34,286 nt of DNA from Catajapyx aquilonaris (taxonomy: Eukaryota), in NCBI GenBank assembly GCA_000934665.2, contig KZ539093.1, forward strand, positions 1-34,286, in the 5' to 3' direction. Shown piece after piece: positions 9,015 to 21,944 of the stretch. The notes below the pieces were generated by a model. It saw only the letters and a list, made by a program, of their open reading frames with translations, had not been told where the DNA came from and did no database searches. The position numbers and the translations under genes were made by a program. The stretch's first letter is position 1. Every line of letters begins with the position of its first letter.

Positions 9015-12000
9015 TAGTTATGTATTGGTATTGGAGTTGAAAGAATGTGCTCACTAACCTTGTTGCCACATGTGCTTGTGAAAGCAATACGACAACGATG
9101 ATCAGTGTGCAACTTTCTCACTCTGTGCGTCATATACAAGTACATGAATCATTTAAAAAAATCCGGAAGACTGTCTAACATCCTGAACCACAATATTAAT
9201 GAATGACAAACAGGAGAGTTGAGTGTCATGAACCGAGAGAGTAAGCAGAGAATACGCAAAAAGATAAGGAAGGTAACGAAAAAGCAGCAGAGGCAGGGGA
9301 AAAAGTTTGAAAACTTGAAGAAACAGCAGTGAAGATAAAAGACAGAGGCAGAGCTTTTTTTTTGCACCTTTTCCAGGCTTTCCAAAATGCTTGCTATCCC
9401 ATTTCAGCCCTTTTCACTTCAGCTCCAACTGGTTTCCAAGCCCAGAGCGCATTTTCTGCTTAATTAATTCTTCGTCTAATGGAAGTGAGAAGAACAGTGT
9501 GGTCTAAAGAATTTTTGTAAATAAAAAGGATCGCGCAAGAAAACAGGTTCTTAATTTTGTTGCACTTCGTAGTGCCTTGGTTAGCCAAGAAAATAAAGTT
9601 CAGATGTCTAAGAAGATAAAAATAAAAAGGAAAACACCGTGGAGGAGGTGCAGACATATGTTTCCATTGCATTCGGACTGATTGCAACATCAATTCGTGC
9701 TACCCTTCGTTTGTCGGAAATGACCTCTGTGGCACTTGAACCAAATGCAACAACAATAATAGATGAAGCAATTGGAAAAGCGTTAATTCTCACAATCAGA
9801 AAAAATCTTATTAAAGCCCATATATCAGGTTAAAAATATCTCTAAGGAGACTACGATTTGCTATTATTTGAACCTTTTTTACATACAAAGTGATGGACAG
9901 GCTTATAAAAGATATTTTTCTCTTAAAAATAAAATTTTGATGTTATTCCGATCTGAAAATATCTATACGCCAGATAATGTCATTAATGGAATTCCAGGCT
10001 GGAGTTAAAACACTGCGATTTGTGAAGAGCTGCAACGAAGGGAATCGCACTCATTTCGACAACAATGCTGCTGCGACATGCACACAGAGAAGAACATGCA
10101 GCCAATTTGTCACAAATTGCACGATTTCCACGGATTAATTAACTCGGGAACCGGGACCAGCTAACATTTAAGATTTTCAAGCAACTTTTGAGAATTCCGG
10201 CCCGACTTGGAATTTGCGCAGGAATTTCGTCTGCCTCTTGCCGAGTTTCTGCAGTAGATTTCGCACAACTGTGTGAATTCGCTCTCGGAGAGATTTTTTA
10301 TATACTTTCCCTCTGCTTTCTGGAGAGAAGAAGGGCTTGAAACTAGTTCACTTCTCTTCCTGAAGTTCTCCATTGCTGTGCTTCATGCTGGCGCAGGCAA
10401 TGCATTAGCTTTTGTCAGGTTTCAACACAACTCTGTAAACAATATCTGCAGCTAGTCTTGAGTGCAATGCAGTGGTAGAAGCATGTATCATTTGACACAT
10501 CATTTCCTGGTACATTATCTACGCAAGGGGTTGACATTTTTAATTATCCATATTCAACAAGTAGGAAATCAAGCCCTTATCTTAATAATGTCTGTTCAAG
10601 TTTCAATTTAAGTCATGTATAATATTATTCATTTCAAACAGCTGGAGACGAGGGAAGGAAATATGCTAATCTACTGAAACTATTTATATGCAGTAGTTGT
10701 GTTGATTTTTAAAAATCCGAGTTAATTTCAACTTAGGATCATTCAAATGTAACTGGACCCTTTCGTTAGAAACGAACCTGTTTTTTTTAAAAAAATGATA
10801 GGCCTAAAGTTGTACATGTTTAAATCTGTATATTGTATTAATAATTATATAATAACACGAATTCCCTAGCTAAAAATAATGCGCCACTATAATTTCTATA
10901 AATAACTTATCATTATAATTATTCACAATTTCCTGCAGTTTGAGATTCTGAGATGTTGAGTAAGAAGGTTCATCGATAACACACAAGATGGCACGTAAAA
11001 ATCAGTAGATTGAACATCTGAGCCAATTTCAATTATTTATTTTTTGGCCAAGCTTGTTCCTGGAATCCGGATGCGGCATCTGTGTGTATTTGTCGAGACG
11101 TGCAAACATATTAAGTTTGCCGAAAGTTGGAACCTGCTCTGGTGCGTCCAATTAGAACGTCTCGGAGACGTTTTTAGAGGAAGAGGCCCAGCTTTGGAGA
11201 GGATTTGCTCCCAATTTAGACCCGAGGCTGCTTTCCACCTAACTGGCCCCAAATATGCGATTAAATATTGGCACACACCGGTGCGTCACGTCGGGCAACA
11301 GACGTGTCCAATCCGGCGCGACTCTCGCTGGATATAAAATGCTTTTGGAACCGAGTTGAGGGATGAATCTTTTAAAGGGATAGGGAGAGGGGGAGTGGGG
11401 AGGATGGGAGGGGAATCATCCTCTCTCGACGCGTTAGGATTATAAGAAGCGGATCCGCTTTGATCTCGACTTGGATTTGCATTTAGTTCGCATTCGGAAT
11501 GGTCAACAGTTCCGTCTTAGTGTCCGGGACAGCCATTGATCTGAGGTCCTTAATAAGATGAGAGGGGGAAGGTGGGGGTGCATTAGCATCGCCCAGCAAA
11601 GTGCTTTGACAGCCTTGCAAATTGGCCCGGGGGAAGATTGGCTCCGGATTTTCAGGACTTGTAATCCCGACAAACACAAGCCCTTCCTCCTACCCGGACG
11701 CACTACATTGACTCTCTTTGTTTCCAATTCCGATGGCCAAATGAAGGGGCCAAATGAGAGCGACTGTCCCAAAATGGCCTGATCCTAAGTGAGATGTGAT
11801 GAGGTTCTGCAGTGTGAGTCGGAACTCCTGGTTAATTTCCCCGCTATGGCATAAGTCCAAAATGTAGGGTGAGATATATATCGAAAAGCTAATTGTTAAC
11901 GACATAAACGGCGATGACGGACATTGGCGATACTCGAGGGCTCATGTGGTTTTCGACATTTCGAATTTTAGACGCATTTTGGACCATCGAGTACCCTGGA

Positions 12001-12704
12001 GTTCTGTATGCAGGAACTCCCATTGCACATATTTTCTGGGGAACTCAGTTTCACTTAGACATTTAAGCCCATAACTGCGACGTCACACACTTCCATACCC
12101 CATTTCTCCAGGCAATTTCTATTAGGCAATCGGCTTCTCTCCTGCCCAGATGAGTGGATATGTTTCTGAATGCATGTATATGCTGGAACTGTTTTCGGAT
12201 GAAGGGCAGGAGAGAGCCGGGCTGGAGGGTGTGGGAGGCCGAGATTGGAGGATTGGGAGTCAGCCACCGAGGCTCACTGGGACAGGTATGTACTCCCAGG
12301 AGCCAAAAAGAGACTACTGCTTGCAGGTTTATTGCCGCAGCCGAGGCAACTAAAGCCGCGGGGTATAACTGGTTTTCAGGTGCAGGTTTCAGGTAGCATT
12401 CCAGGACACTCCGTGATCAGTCGTCTCACTATGGTACAGTGCTGGCCATATATGGAGGCAACAACTAGCGACATTTTCCCGAAGCGGCAGAAGAAGGAAT
12501 CGAAGATAATCATGCTACAAGCCGGGCGAGCAAGATTCCTTCTTATGCAGCTTCGGAAAAATGTCGCTAGTCGTTGCCTCCATATATGGCCAGCACTGTA
12601 CATGAAAAAAGTGAGATACAGTTATTAACCATATTTCAAAGATAATTATTATTGGTATAATATGGTTGAATTTTGTAAACAAAAATTGCAACTGTGCTGG
12701 TTAA

Positions 12705-12708
<4 letters not shown>

Positions 12709-12766
<58 letters not shown>

Positions 12767-12810
12767 CTCGCACACACACACCCACACACACCCACATACA
12801 CCCACATACC
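12709..12810. repeat. (CT)n microsatellite followed by an imperfect (CA)n tract
   Basis: An uninterrupted CT run covers 12709-12762, followed by CACACACACACCCACACACACCCACATACA. Confidence 0.97.
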
Positions 12811-13215
12811 CTCTTTCTCTCCCTCTATTGATTCCCCTTTATCTGGAGTTCCTGGATTATCCTGGATTCATGTGCACCCCGGAAAACGACTTTTCTCTCG
12901 CAAGCCCGTTACGAGGGAAAATCACTAACTAGCCTAAATTTTTACGAACTAATGGAAATTAAAATACATTAACTGACTGAGATACAGCGATAAAATGCGT
13001 ACTTTCAGGTAGGTATTTAAATGACTAACTTATTTTTATATTTCTTCAACCAACACAACACGCGTAGTTGCTAGACATTTTAGCACTAATCTTCTTATTA
13101 TTCACCAGGCTAGTTACTTTCGAGGATTACATACATGTATAATTATGTTACATCATCTTTGAGTAATAAATTGAATGGATCCTTTCATCCCGGCATAAAA
13201 TAATATCGAAGAATT

Positions 13216-14141
13216 GAAAGGTTTGGTGGAAGAACAGGATAAGTCCACTTTTGTTACTTTCGAGAATACCAAGAAAAACTGAATTCAATGTTTATCAGTA
13301 ATGATCAATTTTTGTTGAATAGGATGATACCAGGGGCGGATCCAGAGAGGAAGTTTGGGGGAGGAACTATAATGGCGGGGAGCCCAAAATGGGGGGGGGG
13401 GGGGGNNNNNNNNNNNNNNNNNNNNGGGGGGGGGGATGTCCCCTATCCCCCCCCCGTGGATCCGCCCCTGATGATACCAGTCAATATGCACCAGAATATG
13501 ACGTTTGTACGATGCATATTACACATACTACAGTAGAGTATACAGGCCTGTTTACGCCCTCACGGAGCGGAGTGAGCCAAATTCGCGCGAATAAGGCGCT
13601 TTGCGAACGACAAAGGGGGTGTCCCTAGGTATTGTCTGAACGAATCCAGCACATGTGCCCATATTCATGGGTTTGTAGTAGTCGTCGTTGTATGTAAGGA
13701 ACCGAGATTTCGTCTCTCTGTGACACGTGGTTGCGAGAAACTACAGAGTGTGTAATTGAGATTTTTCACTCATTTGACGCTGTCATGGCTTGTAATGGAG
13801 GCCCGTAACCTCTGAACCCCTAAAGTGAATCCAAATCTGATACATGACTTTGGAAGCTGTTTTAAAGGCCTTTCATAATATCGCATTAAAAATAGCCGAG
13901 ATAAAATCTTTCAATTGTAAGATGGCGGCGAAATTGTGATTTTATAACTCAAAGTTCGCTACTTTTGGGATTTTTTGAATGTACCTCAAAATGAAGCGTG
14001 AAACGTGTGTTTCGTGTTTCAGAAAAGTCTAGGAGGTGACTTTTGGAATATCACCCGCGAGAGGGCGAAAACGCAGCCGGTGCGCGCTCTGGACATTTTC
14101 GGCCAAAAGTGGACTTATCCGGTTTTTATACCAAACCCTTC
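13216..14141. mobile_element. Non-autonomous DNA transposon with ~38-bp TIRs and AATT TSD (Sola1-like)
   Basis: The left end GAAAGGTTTGGTGGAAGAACAGGATAAGTCCACTTTTG matches the reverse complement of the right end, GAAGGGTTTGGTATAAAAACCGGATAAGTCCACTTTTG. AATT lies at 13212-13215 and 14142-14145, consistent with the AWWT target described for Sola1. Confidence 0.75.
13331..13470. mobile_element. G-rich hAT-like MITE nested in the Sola1-like element; contains a 20-N gap
   Basis: It has a perfect 14-bp TIR CAGGGGCGGATCCA / TGGATCCGCCCCTG and a flanking direct repeat ATGATAC (13324-13330, 13471-13477). True length is unknown because of the Ns at 13406-13425. Confidence 0.85.
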
Positions 14142-15363
14142 AATTTTTTGACTTCAAGATATGTTAGCGACGACATCAGTTAACCAATGCAGTTTAAAAG
14201 GGGCACACATTTAATATCAGCAGCTATTATTTTGATAGCTATTCCAATGCAAAGGCTAATAATATAATTAGCAGCTTAGTGCCTCAAGAAATTACCACTA
14301 GGGACATTTCAATACGATCGCATTGTATATTTGACATTATTCCTCTCGTATAAGGCTGTTTCCGCTGCATTGATCCACCCTGAAGCATCCCGATATTTGG
14401 CCAGACCTATTTTTTTTAAAGGATCAACTAGATAGAAGTCACTGGGTGCAAAAAATGCATTACAACGCTAGTTCCATTTTGCCAGAGGCTAGTAAATGTC
14501 TCGAAATATGTGAAAAGTATATGAACAGAAGCTCTTCTACTGATTATTATACTGCGGTGGGGAATGCTCACTTAAGCATGCAAAAATGAATAATTCTACG
14601 TCGGTAATTAATTTTTCTATTGAGCCTCAATATATTCCACTGATTACTTACCCTTATACCAACTAATGTGGCAAAAAAATTGGGTGCCATCTACAATATA
14701 ATTATTGCTTGAAAAAATGCGATAATTTTTTTCCGTTCCTAGCGCTACTGTGGCGATTATCAAATGGAAATAAATCTTAAAACTACGAATTTCAAATGCT
14801 GATTTTACCCATAGTGGAAAAGTCAGGACTGAACCGAGGAGTAAAGTCAGTTTTACTTTTTCATCTCTCATTATAATTATGGGAAGATTTCCACTGAAAA
14901 ATAGTAGATATATTGTGGCAGTTGAAGCAGAAACGACCCTGCACCATCAGATCCTTTGTTTCCAGTATTTATGAGATAAGAGCAACCTGTGCGGATATAA
15001 GGCGGTTAAAGTTTACGTAAGTTTTCGTAATTCCCCAACTAGCGAGAGACGGAAAGAGTGCCAATGAATTGCAGTTTTCAAATTGGGATGCACTGCATGT
15101 AAATAGACCTGCGTCTCAAAGAAGAGCAAACTATCTTACACTATGACTCTATGGGAGTATATGACTCTCGCCCATTTGTATGATTGTGGTATTGTTAAAG
15201 AGGGCATGTATAGTGTTCCAACTTAAATGCCTATTTAAGGGGCGATAGCCCCTTAGTAAGACCGTAGCATAGATTTCAACAATGAATTTCTTCAACATCT
15301 TGTTGTTGTTACGCTTTTTTTATTCGCCCTAACTCATGTTCTGCTGTAGGTAGAGCTTCCAAA

Positions 15364-15552
15364 TTTTGAACACAGATCCGCACCGTCGTGAAGTGCATTC
15401 CTACCATTTACAGCTAAACTCAATTCCTTTTCAAAATGCCGCAAAAAAATGAAAAATACGTTTCTATTTATTTGCTCAATAACTATTCGGAATTCGGTTT
15501 CTTCATCAAAGGGCCGGATGCGCAGTAGGATGGTGCGGATCTATGTTCAAAA
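15364..15552. repeat. Core of an old, diverged inverted-repeat element
   Basis: TTTTGAACACAGATCCGCACCGTC (15364-15387) matches the reverse complement of 15529-15552, TTTTGAACATAGATCCGCACCATC. Weaker similarity extends outward and the ends are unresolved. Confidence 0.55.
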
Positions 15553-15719
15553 CCTCGCACTTCCACCTGCTGCAGGATTGAAGTTATGATTTTATACGTC
15601 AAATACTTCATTTGTTCGTGATTCCATCGCGTAGCAATGTCAATTCCTATTTTACACCTCGCCATATTGTTAGGGAAATGTTACCCTGCTGCTCTGGGGT
15701 GAACGGATTGTACTTATTA

Positions 15720-16262
15720 CAGTTGAATCCGGATATAACAGCCTCGGCTATAACTACAGACCTTTGGTTATAAAGGCCGGTCCCGGCATGCTCCATAAGA
15801 CTGTGTGTATTTTACTCCTGACAAAACACCTCACATCGGGTAGAGCACACCATTTCTTCAAGGGGGTAATCACTTCGGTACTCCGGTGTACACCTGCGAG
15901 TGGTACTCCCTGGTACTCCTCAGGTACCTCACTCTTTATTACTCCTTGGTACTCCTTGAATTTGGTACTCCTTGAATTTGGTACTCCAGTGTACACTTTT
16001 TAAGTTTTTAGTCGAGTGATTACCCCCTTCCATATTGATATTTCCTAGCCCTCGGTGGGAAAATATAATTTTCCAGGTACAAAATTTGCACAAAGGAGAC
16101 GGCAGAAGTAAATATTTTCGGATATTTTAGTCCTTCATCTTGCAGCCATATTGAAAGGAGAAATCTCTGTTTTCATTGCGTGACGAATTGGCTATAACAG
16201 ACCTCGGTTATAACAAACTTTTTCCGCAGTCTCTTGAAGTATGTTTTATCTGGATTCAAGTG
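15720..16262. mobile_element. pogo/Tigger-like (Tc1/mariner) MITE with TA TSD
   Basis: Ends are TA|CAGTTGAATCCGGATATAAC and GTTTTATCTGGATTCAAGTG|TA. GGYTATAAC subterminal motifs are repeated. Confidence 0.75.
15860..16029 (-). mobile_element. Short TIR element with internal GGTACTCC repeats, copy 2 (nested)
   Basis: It has a perfect 15-bp TIR AAGGGGGTAATCACT / AGTGATTACCCCCTT. The body is the reverse complement of 8000-8147 (e.g. AATTTGGTACTCCAGTGTACACTTT). Confidence 0.8.
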
Positions 16263-16277
16263 TAGGCCTACCATTAA

Positions 16278-16759
16278 CCCCTTTGCTTCCTGCTATATCC
16301 CCATCGCCATCGCCAGGTATTACCGGCCAACTCTTAAGCTGATTTTTAATTATTAAATTATGCGACAGTATATGCAGAATATCTACCTTGAGAAACGGGC
16401 CAGACGAATTTGCTGAAATCGTCGCATTTCGCGAAAATTAAGTAAGTTTGGGAGTTTTCAGATGCGACGGAGGCAATTATTAAATCAGACTTTGAACCGT
16501 TGGCTGGTAGCACTCGACTTTCGTTTTTTTTACGACTATCTCTATGAAAATAATTTTAGGGACTTCTAAGCGACGAAAATCGTCTCCAATACATTTATAG
16601 TGCAGACTGTATAGTGTAGAACACAAACGTGTTAGTATGATATGATCCTACATGTATCACTGTAGCTGTTATTATTTGTAAAATATATTGTCCTTGTCTT
16701 CAGAGTACGTGTATCCGGACAACCTAGGCGATGGCGGTATAGCTGGTATTGCGAAGGGG
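16278..16759. mobile_element. piggyBac-like MITE, diverged
   Basis: The left end TTAA|CCCCTTTGCTTCCTGCTATATCCCCATCGCC matches the reverse complement of the right end, CCCCTTCGCAATACCAGCTATACCGCCATCGCC. The right flank is TTTAA. Confidence 0.6.
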
Positions 16760-16777
16760 TTTAAAAAAATAACTGAA

Positions 16778-17556
16778 ATAAGAGCAAAAACATTCCCTTG
16801 AGTGAAAAAAAGGGTAGTAAGACCTCCGCGGCGGAATGAAAGTACTGAAACAAGGCAGGCGCACGTAAGACCTTCACCAATTGATTTAAGCTGTACCATA
16901 GGTCTTACTCAAGCAATTACAAAGTACGGTATGGAACGGCTCGTAAAATGACTGCTGCAAACTACTCAGAGCAGTATGTAGGGTTTTATTTTGAAAATGA
17001 AAAAAATGGGGAAAAAACTAAACCCATCCCTAACAGACTTGGTCCAATCGAAAAAGACCCTCTAAAATTCACCAATTAACGTTTATATGTGAAAAATTAA
17101 ACGTTAGCGTTAAAATCACCATCAAAAAGAGGTGACGATTCTGCATGAATGTTTCATGGCAATAATTCGCACCAATCGTATAGAAATTCAATGTGCTTAA
17201 TATTGAAGTTCCTAATTTCAGAAAACACTAATATGGAGTGGCTCATGGAAAATTAATGGGTGGAATTTTCGTTGTACTACTAGTAACTATAGTTACTGGT
17301 AATTTAGTAGTACCATTGCACTACACTGGTACTGCTAAGTTAGAAGTAACTAGTAGTATAACGAAAATTCCACAAATTGTTTTCAGAAAGGAGACTTCAT
17401 GAGCAGTAAATTGGTAATTGCTTGAGTAAGACCTATGGTACAGAATAAATCAATTGGTGAAGGTCTTACGTACGCCTGCCTTGTTTCAGTACTTTCATTC
17501 CGCCGCGGAGGTCTTACTACCCTTTTTTGCACTCAAGGGAATGTTTTTGCTCTTAT
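16778..17556. mobile_element. Non-autonomous DNA transposon with ~143-bp near-perfect TIRs (superfamily unassigned)
   Basis: Arm 16778-16920 (ATAAGAGCAAAAACATTCCCTTGAGTG...) is the reverse complement of 17414-17556, with few mismatches. Each arm has three GTAAGACCT motifs. Confidence 0.9.
17260..17373. repeat. Small hairpin element inside the long-TIR transposon
   Basis: GTGGAATTTTCGTTGTACTACTAGT pairs with ACTAGTAGTATAACGAAAATTCCAC, with an inner TTAGTAGTACCA / TGGTACTGCTAA pair. Confidence 0.65.
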
Positions 17557-17751
17557 ATTGGAATTTAGCTGCTTATTATTAAGGAAATAATTTTAATTGT
17601 TATTTTAATGGTTATCAAAATTGTACTAGAGTAGTTATTGATAATATTGGGAAGAGCAAGTCCATTCCTTTTACCAACTACAAGGGATTCTGATCAGCAT
17701 ATAATGGATTAAGTCACTGACGCTCGATGCCAATAATTGTTCCAATGGGCC

Positions 17752-18096
17752 GGGGAAGGCGTGGTGGCCGAGATGGTAACTTCTCGTCTTGCTGTGCGGA
17801 AGGTCCCGGTTCGATACCCGTCCGGGAGTTCCCTTTCACCTGCGTCAGTGGGTCTCCGGCCCGCGCCTAAGAAGGCGTCTTGGCAACCTAGCCTTCCGGG
17901 TGACTGCACATGACCCATTTCCGACAATGCACTTGCACCTGTCCCCCCTCCCCAAAAATCCCTATCCTAACCCCAGTTCCTTACTTCCCTGCACGGAGAA
18001 TGAAGAAAAAAGTACAAAAAATACTAGAAAACTGATGGTGGTATGCTACCCCCTATAACAGCTTACGGGGTAAAATAATAATAAAAACAATAATAT
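17752..18096 (+). mobile_element. tRNA-derived SINE, type A, full length
   Basis: It has a Pol III A box TGGCCGAGATGG, a B box GGTTCGATACC and an A/AAT-rich tail. A 16-bp TSD ATTGT(T/C)CCAATGGGCC lies at 17736-17751 and 18097-18112. It is homologous to 27268-27612. Confidence 0.9.
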
Positions 18097-19575
18097 ATTG
18101 TCCCAATGGGCCATTCCTAATCAGACATTCACTACAATTCAAAGCTTGGGTAGCTAATTCAATTAGGCCTAATGAGAGCAGCTAATATTATTTTATAACC
18201 ACTAAAAGTGTCAATTCAATAGTAACTGCCTAAAAATAAACCTGAAAGTGCCAGAATATCACTTGCCACATTTCAGTAGGAGCACTACATTGCACATTTT
18301 GCTCCTTTACGTTACTGTATGTTTGTACTGCAGTATGACTGGTCTAATAACCCTCGTATAAAATGCGTTACGGGCGTACCAGTCAAAATGTAGCCTGCAT
18401 GGTATACGTAACGGCGTATGGCTGCAATCAATTTGCTATAATATTACCATTGGCAGTATAGGAAATATCCAGCATATTACACCACATGCCTAGAATACTC
18501 TGCTTTATATAGTGGCGAACTGCTGTGTTATGTGCACGTATCTCGGCAATGACTAAAATTTCACACATTCGATTTTCTATATTTACAGCAACATTAGCAT
18601 TCATGATGAACTACTCAGCTTGTGTATAATCCTCATTATTTACTCGTAAAGATCATGCCATGTCGTTCAACTGTGTGACGTGCATTGAAATCTAATCGTC
18701 GCATATCATGAACAGATCGATCCAAAAAGTTAAAACATTTTGAGTCCTGAGTGTGATATCGCTTTCCACTCTAGCCGTGACTAATCCCCTACAAACATTC
18801 CTCGGCATTAATTAAGGGCAGTTAGCGGCAACATTGATTCCAGACGCAACGAGCGCATAAATCTGTATTTGTCGCGCACTGCTAACGTTGAGAAGCGCTT
18901 TGAAAGTCATCAAAACGATCACATAACCCGCAAAAGAGGCCAAATTACTGTGATTCCGATTGATGAATCAGCTTTGTCCAAACCGTATAGCCCAGTACCC
19001 TCTCCCACCCATGCCTTTTTTTTACCGTACCCACACCCAAACACAACTATGTGACACAGTTGGTCCAAAATAACGACAGGGAGGCTGTCCAAATTTATCT
19101 CCCATAACAATAAGTAATTATCTCCCGTGGCTGACGCAATCAATTGCCCGCTATCAATATAATAACACTAATAATCCTGGTCGTATTTTAGAACCGTATT
19201 TTCCATAATCGGGGGGATTCATCCAATTATATTCCGACGTCGGTTCCTGTTAATGAACCCTCATTGATACAGTTAAAGTCAAGTCTATCGCTGTCGTGAT
19301 TCAAAAACACGGCGACTCTTCATCACAATACATGGATATATACCAGTTCGTTGCACTTCCAGCCCTTTTTTTCTGTCATTAGCTCGAAATCCATAACACC
19401 GATTGGGTATCAAATCTCGTCACGGTAAACACCAATTATCTCACGGTTAGGTGAAAAATGAGGCGCCTCTATTTGCTGCGTTGCCACCACTCACTGGCAC
19501 CGTTGCCATTTGCGGGAGATGATTTTTTTAGTGTTTTTTTGTTGGGAGGTGGGGGGTGGCGGATTGGGGGGGGGG

Positions 19576-19593
19576 NNNNNNNNNNNNNNNNNN
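19576..19593. other. Assembly gap (18 N) adjoining a poly-G run
   Basis: The N run follows GGGGGGGGGG directly, as does the gap at 13406-13425. Confidence 0.98.
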
Positions 19594-20600
19594 ATATGGG
19601 CAGATGAGGAATGAGGGAGACTTCCGAGAGGTCCCGAAAGAGACTTGAGAAGCTGATGTTTTATCTCTTCCCGCTTCCCAATGAGAAATGAGTTATAAGG
19701 CACCGGCTTTTCTTTTTTCCTTGGCTCCTCTCCGCCTGTCGGATGAGGAAGAGGGTATATATCTATATATCTACGTATATACAGTATACATATATTTTTC
19801 CCCAGTCCTGGCACACGGAAAGGGATAAATTCCGGCTGTGAATTATTGCATTAGGAAACCCGTTTTACTCCCTTCTGTCTATATACGCTCAAGAATAGGC
19901 GAATTGCAATTTGATGATTGACACGCCTGAATGGTGCAGTTTGCTGCAACGATCCGCATAGTGTCATTAACATCGTATCATTCGACAGTCGAGTAACTTA
20001 CAGCAAAGAAAGAAATGAAATAAAGAATAATTAAGCAAGGTGGTATTTCAAATGTTGTGCTGTGGCTGTAAGTGCAACACGCACCAGGCCAAAGCTCGGT
20101 GGTGCAGTGGCTTTTTGGCGGCCGATGGGGAAGTTTCAAGTGCGTTCTCCTAGCAGTAAAAAGTGCAGTATCCTATTTTGAGCTAGTTCACATCATGTAA
20201 TACCTGACACTGTTGCCGGTAGTAATCCGATGATGCCAGCAGTCAGGGCATGAAGAGACTCGTAAGCGAGCTTACGCCTCCTGATATCTGCATATGACTC
20301 ACTTTTCATGCTTTTGGCCTATACGTCCGGCATCTTTGTATGCAGCATTTTTACCTGGCTTTTCACATAATGACACTTATATTATACCGTCCAATAGTCC
20401 AATAACAGTTATGCGCCAATGCCTTTAATGGATGTAGTGTGGTCATATGAGCATGAATTAAAATATATTTTTTACTCATCACTGGTTCCCGGTGCATAAT
20501 TCTGGACTCTCTAATAGGCAGATTAAATGGGATTATTTATATTGGAATTATGTGAGGAATCGTGTGGATGGGACAATGACGGGAATCTTAGCTCTGTTTT

Positions 20601-20604
<4 letters not shown>

Positions 20605-20641
<37 letters not shown>

Positions 20642-21030
20642 TAATAATAATAATGATGATGATGATGATGATAATCCTGGGTAGTGCGTTCAGCCTATTA
20701 GGGTCTATTGCACGGACCTTTATTTAAATTGATGATCTCGTGTACAAGTACAGTATATGGCACCTACAGTATTTAGCGTAACGCCCGGACCCACGGGCAG
20801 GGTGACTGGGAGGGGATGTGCAAAGTACAGTGCAATGTCGTTGCTGAGGTCATTTTGTGAACTCCCCCGGGTGGTTTGTCTTAACGGAGAATCGGAGATA
20901 CCACCCGAGACGAAGCCAGAAAAACCCATAACTCTGCACGAGATGAAGGGGGTAACCCAGGGCTGGGATCGAACCTGGGGCCTTAACATCCGTGGGCGCA
21001 TACGTTACCGCATCGCCACTCCGCTTTCAT
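20605..21030 (-). mobile_element. tRNA-derived SINE, type B, with (ATC)n(ATT)n tail
   Basis: The minus-strand head reads GCGGAGTGGCGATGCGGTAAC...GGTTCGATCCC (A and B boxes). The body is shared with 22710-23030. The tail is the (TAA)n(TGA)n microsatellite at 20605-20675. No clear TSD. Confidence 0.85.
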
Positions 21031-21944
21031 TATATTTTCCCTCATTATCAGCAATAAATAGAAGACCACAATTCAATAAGGGCCCAATAATTGTGAAAAT
21101 AGAAAATTTCGAGGAAGCGAAAAAATCTATTTATTTCTGTTTCTGTTCATGGTAGGCAATTGTGCTCTACAGTAAACCTAATGACAGATTCATACAACAT
21201 GAATACCTGACATCACTTTCATTGAAATGTCAATGTAATTTATATTTTATTTAAATACTTTTAATGCTCACAATTATTGGGCTCTTCTAGCATTGTATCG
21301 TTCCTTTGCTTTGGCTTTACAATATGGAGAAAAAACCGCCTCAAGATAAAATGAACGAATTATTATGATATACAGGAGACACATTATTCGCGTCACAGTA
21401 ATTACACATTATATTTAATTAAATTTAATGTTTTTTGGTCTCCCATCCACCTAGGTTTACCTTATAAAGTAGCGGCAATTTTTGACCACTTCCCGAGGGC
21501 GTAGGTGAAAGATTTTTTTGGTGACATATATAGACCAACAAGTCTACTTTATTTTCCACTAGGTTTGGTACTGCTGCCTCAGAGGGGAACGTTCTAATCG
21601 TAAAGTAACGCATCTCCTTCAGAAGTAGCGATGAGACAAAAATCACGTCGCGCTTAAAAATCACCACTATTTTCAAATCGCGGGTCACTTGTAGTGTATT
21701 AAAATCGTGCTTTTCAAGTGACAATCACGTTTGTCACTGCTATAGAGAAATCGCGTTTTGGTCCGGCGATGCTTAGAAGCCTTTTTCAGGCATCACTAAT
21801 GACATTTCGGCTCTTCTTGCATTTTATGCGGATGGACATCCACCAGAGGAAGTACAATATGCCATAAAAAGCATTTCCGTAAAAATTGACAGTTGCGCCC
21901 TTATTGCATTGTGGTCTTCATATTGTTATTGGCGCCAGGTATAC

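Noticed and set aside
9228..9332. Purine-rich short ORF MNRESKQRIRKK...
   Set aside because: It is 34 codons of low complexity with no homology that I recognise.
11383..11460. G-rich tract (G4 candidate), TATAAGAA and the 14-bp palindrome AAGCGGATCCGCTT as a promoter
   Set aside because: There is no initiator at the expected spacing, and G-runs are frequent throughout the window.
12662..12928. ORFs with SLSLSL runs (also 25932-26324)
   Set aside because: They are translations of (CT)n/(GA)n microsatellites.
15877..15990. GGTACTCC repeats resembling a CRISPR array or iterons
   Set aside because: The repeats are only 8-16 bp, irregularly spaced and inside a TIR element. The context is eukaryotic and there are no cas genes.
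17752..17830. Possible tRNA genes (also ~20955-21030, 22960-23030, 27535-27612)
   Set aside because: A and B boxes are present, but there is no convincing cloverleaf. Each continues into a shared body and tail, mostly with TSDs, so these are SINE heads.
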